Shown here: one piece after another, positions 54,378-64,000 of the stretch
Layout of the letters: each line of letters starts with the position of its first letter
Position numbering within the stretch: the first letter of the stretch is position 1
Translations under genes and position numbers: made by a program
The notes under the pieces: model-generated
Told to the model about the DNA's origin: nothing
The model's input: only the letters and a program-made list of their open reading frames with translations
The model's database searches: none
Source: Paraspadella gotoi
Taxonomy: Eukaryota; Animalia; Chaetognatha
NCBI GenBank assembly: GCA_051294375.1
Contig: CM119264.1
Location: 21,275,930 to 21,339,929, forward strand
Direction: 5' to 3'
DNA length: 64,000 nt

Positions 54378-54549
54378 CCCTGGGAGAACGTTCATCGAAC
54401 CTGACCACTTCTCTTCGTTCGCTTTGTTCTTTCCCTTCGTTGTCGACGTTTCTTGTCATCTATTGTCGCTGTCTCCTCTCGTCATTATTTAACGTTGTCT
54501 CCTTTGTCATCCCTAAGCGTTTTTCTTTTTATTATTCATACGAAGTGTA

Positions 54550-55131
54550 CTATCTAGGAAAAAAGTATATAACATAATTCATTAATTCAATAAAAAGTAT
54601 ACAAAACACGGGTAAAACATTCTCAATATTTGGTATGCCCTTCTTCGGCATCGACTACTGCCTGCATTTGTCTAGCCATGCTCTCATACAGCAAATTGAG
54701 GTATGACAGTAAAAGTTTTTCCACATCTTTAACGCAATTTTTTTCAGACCCGATGTTGATGTTGCATATCTTTCCCTCTTTTCTAAAAGGTATATTAGCA
54801 CTTTTTTGAACCAAAAAAAGGTGCAAGGCCTTTATCATTGCTAATTTAAAAAAAATAGAAAAAATAACTAACTCTATTCGAAATAAAAATAAATAACTAA
54901 ATACCAAAAATGGAGAAAAACTAAATATGATTTTTTTCGCCATTTTTCATTTGAAGTAACAATATTTTTTAGCCTGTAACTTCTAAACGATTTAACCTAC
55001 AAAAAATTGGAAGGAAGCGAATGAAAGAAAATTCAATGTAAATCCGGAAACATTCTGATTTTTTTAAAATCAAAATAGTTTTCGAATAGATATCCTTTAT
55101 TAAAAATGTTATATACTTTTTTCCTAGATAG
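54550..55131. mobile_element. MITE with TA target duplication (Tc1/mariner type)
   Basis: Perfect 26-bp TIR CTATCTAGGAAAAAAGTATATAACAT, TA on both sides. Confidence 0.85.
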
Positions 55132-56100
55132 TATAAACTATAAAGTGTACATCTACAACCGACTTTGATCCTCCTCTATTCTATAAAAGCAAAACAACAA
55201 CAAAAACATCGACTACGAACAACATCAAACAAGAATAAACATTAAACAACCTGTCAACCACAACGATAACTAATACGTCAACAAAAAACATTAATAAACC
55301 AAAATAAACAACAATAAACAACAAGAACGAGAGCAACAACACCGACTGCCTCTCGGCACCGAAAATCGCTTCATCAAAATCTTCCGCATTCCAACGAGAT
55401 CGAACCATTTTTCCGCCGTATCGCGACTCTTTTACGACGTCGTCTTCGAATTACCATCCTATCGCGCATGCGCAATCGATTTTCCGTCACAAGCGACGCG
55501 ACTCAAAAGAGAGAAACCGATGATAGACGCCATTTGGTAAATTTTTGAGTCAGAGACGAACGAAGATTCCATGCACAAAAAATGTTATTCGATCTGTACG
55601 TAGACTTTGAAACGAAATAATCCTGTTTTTAAGTAATACGTTAAGACCCCTTATTAATAATAATCGTCTTATTCTCTAAACCCTTAACTTAAGTTTTGTG
55701 AGGGTCATTTGTCTTACCAAAAGTTGAGTCGAGTATTTTTTTTTTTTTAAACATGGATTGAGGGTAAAAGAAAGTTTTTTTTTTTGCTTCCAAACATCCA
55801 TCATTCACCGCTCCTCTACTGCCTACTGCCCCCATTTCCCTCTCCCCTCCAGAGTCCACAACATTTCCCTCTCCCCTCTCGACTTCCCCTCCCTCTCCCC
55901 ACCCACCGACCCGCAGACCGAGTTTGCATCATTTCGCTTCATTTTACGTCATATGAATTCATTTGGCTTCATTTCGGTCGCATCTGCATCACAAAAGCGG
56001 AGAGTCACTTGACCCCGTGAAGCCGAAAGCGATCATCGCGCGGAGAGAATCCTCGCTTTTTTGGATCGCGCGTCAAAGGGGAACTTGTCTGTCACCCTTG

Positions 56101-56101
<1 letters not shown>

Positions 56102-56158
<57 letters not shown>

Positions 56159-56220
56159 GTTGATGATGATGATGATGATGATGAAGATAATGTTGATGAT
56201 GATGATGATGATGAAGTGAT
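56102..56220. repeat. (GAT)n microsatellite
   Basis: Direct inspection. Confidence 0.95.
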
Positions 56221-56639
56221 CAAAAAGATAAGCTCATGATTTTGATGCCTATTAAAAACACATATGATGCAGAATCGCGAAAGATTATAATGATGCTGAA
56301 TATGAAGATCTCGCTGAATATCAATGAAAATGATAAAGATGATAATGATGACGACAATAATTATGAGGATAATGATGATGATCGATGATGATGATGATAA
56401 TGAATAAAATAAACGTATTAGTCGCGCATAATGATGACCATGAGCAATTTCAACGCAAGCGACTCATACAAAGACAATGACAAAGTCACAAACGCGACGA
56501 CAACGACGTTAAAAATCAATCACGACAACGACTTAAACGACGTCGACGAAGAGTAACAATCCGTGAAACGCGACGAGGAGACTGAGTAAGAAAAGTCATC
56601 TACTGCCACCACATAAATATCCGTAAAGATGTCAACAGA

Positions 56640-56671
<32 letters not shown>

Positions 56672-56729
56672 TGATGAGGTTCCGGCTAACCTTGCATCTC
56701 GCGCTGTTCGTCCGAACCGCTCGTCGTTC

Positions 56730-56776
<47 letters not shown>

Positions 56777-57345
56777 TTTATTTCTGAGAAAAGAGAGAGA
56801 AAAAATATAATCGTCTCTTCGCGAATCTCCTTTTCTCATTCATATTTTATGTCGGCGAGGGATTCATAAAGTCTCGTACTTCTCGAGTCTCATTAAATTA
56901 TATGTATCCCTCTTAGGCTCTTATACTTCCGCATCGCTCGGGGAGATGAAATATTGATATAACAGTGTCGGCGATCGGGAAATAAAAAGTATTTTTAATC
57001 CTCCTTATTGTCGTCTCGGGACTTGATAATTTAGTAAGGGATACGGAAATATATACAATGTTTTATACATTTTGGTGACAACAACAACGACAACAACAAC
57101 AACCTTAACGACTCTTAAACTTACCTAAATCGTGACCTACGACTACGGTCAAATAGTTAACTGACCACTAGATTCGTTTCGACTCTTATTATTATTTTCT
57201 CTGAAAATGATTTTGATCATTACATTTAAGTAAGCAGACAGGGTTTTGGGCATGAAACCAAAGTGGAATTTATTGATATAAAAACAGATACGAAGACGGT
57301 GTCAATTTTGGACAGAATGCCCAGATACAAAATCTACATCTATTT

Positions 57346-57556
57346 ATACAGAGCAAGTGGATCAGAGACGTGGGTAAATTTTACAGCCTCTTCGCTCATT
57401 GGCCGGTTCCATTTGAGTCTCGGCCAATCAGAGAGCTCGATTCCATTCTGGTAATTTCTTCCCGAGCCTCCGATCCGGTTCCGTCTCTGTATCAGAGAGC
57501 TCGATTCCATTTCGTTGATTTCTCCCCGAGCTTCTGATCCGGTTCCATCTCTGTAT
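57346..57556. mobile_element. Small TIR element with a tandemly duplicated 64-bp right end
   Basis: ATACAGAG..GGATCAGAG left end mirrored by GATCCGGTTCCGTCTCTGTAT; unit repeated at 57427 and 57491. Confidence 0.55.
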
Positions 57557-57600
57557 CTTCTGTGATGCGTCCCCCCCTCCTCAGACGACGGCGTACGTGG

Positions 57601-57807
57601 TCAGTCGGTAGGCGGAGTCGGGTAAGGGATGAAGATCCTGTCCCAGGCTTGTTGCACCGTTAGGTTTGGCTTCGGTTGTCGTTTGCGGCTGCATGGTGTG
57701 CAGCAGCAGAAGCAGTAGCAGGCTAGGCTGATGCCCAGGATGATCGCGAGTGCCGCGATCACGAACGGGATGATGTTTGCTGCATCCGCTAGCCAGCTCC
57801 ACTTTGG
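57601..57807 (-). pseudogene. Fragment resembling the C-terminus of a viral/retroelement envelope glycoprotein
   Basis: PKWSWLADAANIIPFVIAALAIILGISLACYCFCCCTPCSRKRQ...PPTD*: Trp-rich pre-TM segment, TM helix, Cys cluster, followed by the polypurine tract GAGGAGGGGGGG. Confidence 0.6.
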
Positions 57808-58981
57808 TAATTCGTGAAACGTCTTCTTATTTTCTTCTCTAAATTCCTGTCAAGTCATTTACCAAAACATATACATAATATCTATAAGTTTTTTCTAAAG
57901 AAAAATGTGTGCATCGTTATTTTTGCCTTCGTCTAATTCTCTACAAATCTAAAACTCTAATAAACGTCCACATTTGTTGAACAAAATTTAATAAAAAAAG
58001 AGGAAAAAAGGGAATTTTGCATTGTTTATTTGTATCGTCTGAATTTTTAACGATTGTTTAGGAATTGGATGGAACGAGGCCAGAACCCGCGTCCGGAAAT
58101 TCCGGGCGCCGACGCCGGAACCAAAACTCGAGGCTGGCGCCGCGGGAGAGAAGGCGGGGCCGAGGGGGGTGGAAGGGGGGCGTGGAGTTGGAGACGCCTC
58201 GATGCTCCAGCGAAGATCAGTTCCGACCGTTTTCTTTTCAATCGAGCTTCCACCAGGGAACGCCTCTCTGTAGGGGGACTTTTTTTTGGAATTGGCAAAG
58301 GGTCGGGAGATTGCCGGAGAACGGGAGCGGCTTTACCGAAGAGATAAAATAAAATAAAGTTGAATCCAATATAAAACAAGAAAAAAAAATGCTTTAACTC
58401 GTTTCGAAGAAATAGGATTGTGGTCTTCTTTTTAAACAAATTAGTTTAAAGTAGTTAAATAATTGGAATATCTTACAAACATCACAGAAAATTTAAAAAA
58501 AAGTTTAGGCGAATCAGAGAAAAAAGGAAAGACGAAAGTCACAACGAAACATTTTCTCTTTTGCAAAGAAAAAAAAGTTTTCCCATCAAAGAGAAGCATT
58601 TTAACATCTCGGCTTTCGACTTCGGGCATCGATTAAAACCGCAACCTCCACGCCACGTCCACCGCCACAACGCCACCCGCCACCGCACCCGCCACCTCCA
58701 CCGCCACCGACTCCGCCACCGACTCCGCCACCACCACCTCCAACGCCACCACCGCTGTTTCCCCCTTACACCGACCTACTAGAATTCCACTTCCCTTCCA
58801 TTTTGATCATTTCGCCCAGCGAAAAAAAAAAAATTTCCGGCTCTAAGATTTTGGGGCGAACGATGGATGTTGACCTTCAATGCCCTAATCGCGCCCATGG
58901 ATTTTCCCCTCACTTACGTCTCTTCTTTCTCTCGCTCTCATTTTCGGTATGGTTCACGGGGCGTCTATCTCTCTTTCTCTC

Positions 58982-59066
<85 letters not shown>

Positions 59067-59481
59067 GCGTCTGCTATGTATATATATATATATATATATT
59101 AAGGCGGGCCAAAATATCACTTTTTATCTTTAAGAGTTCTGTAATATAAAATTCATTTGTCCATCATATACTTAATCAATATTTACTATCACCTTTATAA
59201 CTATTAAAGCACAGTATAACATTAAACCATTAAAGTATAATGCGTTTTTCAATATTTCGATGATAAGTGGGTCAAATAATCGAAAAACTTTTTAAAATCA
59301 TCATCATCATCGTCGTACCATAATTTTTATAGTTTTTCCTAATTTTAGGCAATAAAACAAAAAAAATTTGAAATCTTGTAGTAATATTTTTTTTTTTTAA
59401 TCTCTACCCGAATCCGTTTTTAAAAATTCTGATTTTGAAAAAAAAGATTTCATGATTTATACGATAAACTTTAAATGCTTC

Positions 59482-59611
59482 TATGAAATTGGTACAACCA
59501 ATGTAAAAATTATCCATTCATTTAATAAATAAGCTATCTTGCCCCTGACTTTGGACCGGCTTTGGTGGTTTAAGGCCTCCATCACTCTTACAAGATAATT
59601 ACATAGCAGGT
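59482..59611 (-). repeat. Second copy of the family D repeat
   Basis: Direct alignment by eye with 40648-40779. Confidence 0.85.
59535..59597 (-). ncRNA. Type-P5 twister-like motif, family D, second copy
   Basis: Identical to 40703-40765 except P4 5' strand CGG (one mismatch with CAG). Confidence 0.75.
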
Positions 59612-59833
59612 TGTTATTAACTATAACTATGTTATTAACTATATAGAAAATCTAAATTTTTTTTTAATTTCGTCATCCCACAGGGATGCTCTAACGTTAT
59701 TTATATTACTGAACTCTTAGTTTTTACTTTGTTCCGCCTTAATATATATATATATACATCTTACTCATCCAGGTTATTATAAATCTATACAAATAAATTG
59801 AGTCGTTCATGGGCTTAAATCATAAAAAATTTA

Positions 59834-59924
<91 letters not shown>

Positions 59925-62900
59925 GGAAAAAAAAAAGAAAAAAGAAGAAAGAAAAAAAAAGAAAGAAAGAAAAAAAGAAAAACAGAAAAAAAGAAAAAAA
60001 AGAAAAATAAGTAGGAAAACCAAACAAATTAATCTAAAATGACAGAAGCAATGACAGTGGAACATAAACACCCAGAAACGAGGGCCGAGTAAGAAGCAGA
60101 TTAGCCAAGAGCCAAGAGGGAAAAAGGAAAGGGAGAGTGTGAAAAAAAGGGCGACCGAGCGCCGAAGGGAAAGGGAAAGGGACAAAGGGCCTTAGCCTTT
60201 TTGCTGCGCGGCCAGGAATGCATAATTGAACAATGAATGTAAAACTGAAAAATTGTAAGCAAGAAAATATTTAAAATTTCATATTTTTTACTAATAATAA
60301 CACCCGTGAACCCAAATATACATTCAATCTAATTTCTCTAAAACACAAAATCCACATAAAAAAAGTGTTTTCTCAGATTGGGTAAAGTTTTGTTCTCGAC
60401 GCCTGACCCTGAAAAGTAGGATCAGGATTGTTGAGGAAAACTTTTCTCGCTCGAATTAATTTGGGTTGTGGGTCCTTCCGACCTTCTCCTTTCGTCCTTT
60501 GAGCCCCACGCCCACTCGTCCACCCTTCGAGGCGCAAAAGTCTTCTTCTGTTTCTCAGCAACTCCGCCGACTCTCTCTCCTTGACTACCATTCGGCAAAC
60601 CAAAACCCACTATCACCAACTCCTAACTTATATACCTTCCGTAACGCCCTTAGGGAAATCCAAAAGCCATCGCTTACTGCAAATCTGACTGGAAGATTCA
60701 AATCGACTTTCGCCACATTTAACCTGAAAATTCGAGGAAATTCGAGTTTCGAAAATTCGCTCGATGTCTCTCTCTCTCTCTCCACTCGCCTCCTCTTTTC
60801 AAAAGACTGACATTTTCAGCCAATTCTTTCGGTTACAAACAAGAAAAGCAAAGATCGGAGCGGCAGAGCAGCGGAGCGGCGGAGCGGCGGAACCGCGAAG
60901 CGTCAGGAGCGAAAAATAAGTATTTTTGTCGAAATAGATTTCGATTTTTTAAAGAATAAAAAAAATAATAACATTTTTTTTCGATATATTCTTATTGACG
61001 ACAAATTTCAGATTTTTAATTTTTCAAATGAAGATAAAGACTAATAGAATAGCGATTTTCATCGTTGACAATATTTAAATTCCATGTAAATCGCCCCCAA
61101 CCCTACGCTTCACCTTGCCCCGAAACTGCCATCCAATTCCCATCATCCTCTCTCCCCCGCCCCCCTCCTTCACCCCCCTGGACGCGACAACGTCCCGGCC
61201 TCAACGCTCGTTGGCAGCAAACAAGTTTTATTGGGAGAATTAGAAACTAAGGGGACAATAAAAATGGGGATAATGGTTTCGTGTTATAGAAAAATGGCAT
61301 TTTGATGATGTGGCTTGGAGTGTGGGGGGAAGGGGGGAATGAAAACTCCGGAAGGGGGTGGATAGAAATATATTTACAGCGGTGGAGGCGGAAAAGAAAT
61401 ACAGTTCAACAGAAATAAAAGCTTTTTTTCATTATTTTTTTTTAGGTGTTTCCGGACGTTGAGCTTGGGCGATAGACTTTAGAAAAAATATCGACATTAA
61501 AAGACATCGGTTAAGAAATTGTTGTTTAAAAGAGCGTAAAGTCAAATAGTTTTTATAAATAGTGACAGACCGTTTCAAGTTTGCAGTCGCAAAGCTTAAT
61601 ATGATTTAATATGATTTATTAAATCATATTCAAAAGAAAGGTTTTTTTTTAATATTGTATAAATTATTTATATGCAATTATGCATGTAGTTTTTTCAATA
61701 ATCTGCTTGGATGAAAAATGTCATTGACTCTCGAAGTTAAAGAATGCTAGAATGAGAAGTCTAGACCCGAAAGAATTTGGGAACTCAAACGTTGCTTGTT
61801 AAGCATATTTTCTTTTTCAAAACAAGTTACCCCGCTCTTTTGTCAGGATTTGATCCCATAACTTATGGCAAGAGGTTTATGAGAATGCGTCTTTGAGCCT
61901 TGGATTAAAGCGGGAAGGAAAGAAAGAAAAAGAAGAAACGAATGAAAGAAGAAAAAAAAGAAAAATAGTGAAAACTTATGTTTTCTCTTTTTTTAATTTT
62001 TCTATTCTCTATGTAGAGAGAAGAAAAAAATAAAAAATAAAAATATGTAATAAAATAGTTTAAAAAAACTGAAATGATTAAAAAGGAATGGAAATATGAA
62101 ATGAGAAAAGATGTCGTAAAAAACTGTCGTTCGACTGGAGAGAAAATGAAGAAGGAAAGAATGAAAATGTCTTAATATTGACAAACGCGATAATAAATAT
62201 GGTCAGAAGTTCGCAATATTCTTTCGAGTAAAAAGCTTACGGGGAGAAAGAAAAACAGGAACGAAATTTTACTTCGATGCATTGAACTTTTTTTTCCCTT
62301 AATTTAATTCTTGGGACAATAAACAGTTTAATTGAATGGTCTGTTCATCACTCTTCATTATTCTTAATTCAAAGTTACTGAGTATACCAGATATATTGAT
62401 TAGTCAGTTGAGATCAACAATAACATAACCTTTTAATGAGGCGCACAGTTTTTTCGCTCTCTGTATCTCAAAATCAACGACAGTCCGGAAAAACTTGGTC
62501 GCTCCTTTGTCACCAGGAAATTGGTTTTTCCGAGATTGAAAAAGCCGCCTTAGACATGATTGAATTGTCGCGGGACACAGCTGAAAGCTACAGGTGGCTC
62601 TGTCGATTGGGGGGGATGGAGAGAGAGAGGATTAGGGGGGGAAAGAGAAAGGGTAGGGTAAGGGTAAACTAAGCAGTAGACATTAAGACGCGGACCGAAG
62701 GAGAAACATTCTGGTTGCATAGATGAGGTAAGGTTTGATTGTAATAGATGGAGCATCGTACGTTAATTGACAAGAGCTTTTATTTTCTTTTTTCTGTTTA
62801 TGAAACACGATAAACGTACTAATTTTCGATTTTGTTAAAGTTTTTAGATGGAGGGGTTTGATTTACTGCAACAACCGCAACATCATAAATGATCGCAGCT

Positions 62901-63172
62901 GAATTGCGAAGTTCGAAGACTAAACTTTTATTGTCAGAATCGACTTGAAGCTAAAGACCCGAGAAAAAAACTGCTCTGTCCGGAATGGGAAAGAGAATGA
63001 GGCCAGACTCAGATTGACGGACGCTGGGAAAAAAAAACTCGCCATGGATATGGATTATGGTAATCCGAGAAATGATAGCCTCTCTCTCTCTCTCCTGCGT
63101 CTCCTCTCTCTCTCTCTCTCTGTGCGTCCTTTCTTCTCTGGTCTACATACTTCACACCGCGCATCTAATCGT

Positions 63173-63238
<66 letters not shown>

Positions 63239-64000
63239 AAAGAGAAGAGAGATATTCTGGGAGGAGTCCGCTGAATATGAGTCGCGGTGAGGATAACGAT
63301 CGAAGAGGGAATGGCGCGGATCGAGTCGGGATTGCGTCGATAATCAGGGTAATGATCGGTACACTGGATGAGCGATGAAGCATGGTGTAGACGATGAAGA
63401 CGATTGTAAACACATGGCAATATGGCATGGGAATTAGGATTGGGGGAATTAACTTGAAAAAATGAAATATTGATCGATGGTCACAGAATGGCATGAAGAA
63501 GATGGTAAGTGACAAGGTACAATGATTGTGAATAAATGGCATTATTAAGAAATAGTCAATCATGGTAACGAGCATCGAGAGAAGCTAAACGTTAAAATAC
63601 TAATTTGGACATGACATAAATTTCGTAGTCATCGAAATCCCCGAATCCTGGAAAAAAGATGAAACGAGGAAAATGCTGCGAAGTCACCGAAACGGAAAGA
63701 TCGTCGCTGAATGACGAAACGTGATTAGAATCGAAAGACTCAGTGATTCAGTCTCAATCGTGAACCGTGAGTGATTTTCCTAACCAGCGTAACTCGTTTA
63801 TTTTCCTTCAGGGAACAAGCATTTTCATAAAATACATATAATATTTTTTATGGAATTCCGTCTTTTCTTCTCGCGACTTCCTCTTCGAGGATTCGAGGAA
63901 AGAATCTCCGAGTATTTCCGTTTGAGTCGCGCAACTTCCGGTGATCACATTTCTCCAGACGCTAACGGCGGATAAACGACCATCGATGACGACGCGAGGA

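Overview
AT-rich, microsatellite-dense invertebrate (metazoan) genomic DNA with long-read-type indel noise and one N gap (19577-20272); almost all ORFs in the supplied track are artefacts of (GA)n/(GAAA)n repeats. The left two-thirds hold one intron-rich minus-strand gene. I assembled it by hand from 14 phase-consistent GT-AG exons (41249 to 1491, about 728 aa; 739 aa if an optional 33-nt micro-exon is real). It encodes a type-I membrane receptor: signal peptide, four Ig-like domains, a TM helix and a Tyr-motif tail. Introns and flanks carry a decayed Tc1 element, two DINE-1/Helentron-like (HINE) elements (one containing a non-coding LTR element), several MITEs, tandem arrays and an env-like fragment next to a polypurine tract. 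The main surprise is five copies, from three unrelated repeat families, of a circularly permuted (type-P5) twister-ribozyme-like motif. Its stems co-vary between families and its P1 position is always a 6-nt palindrome (AGGCCT, CGGCCG/TGGCCA, GACGTC), suggesting dimer-assisted self-cleavage. One apparently intact copy lies in sense orientation in the first coding intron of the receptor gene.
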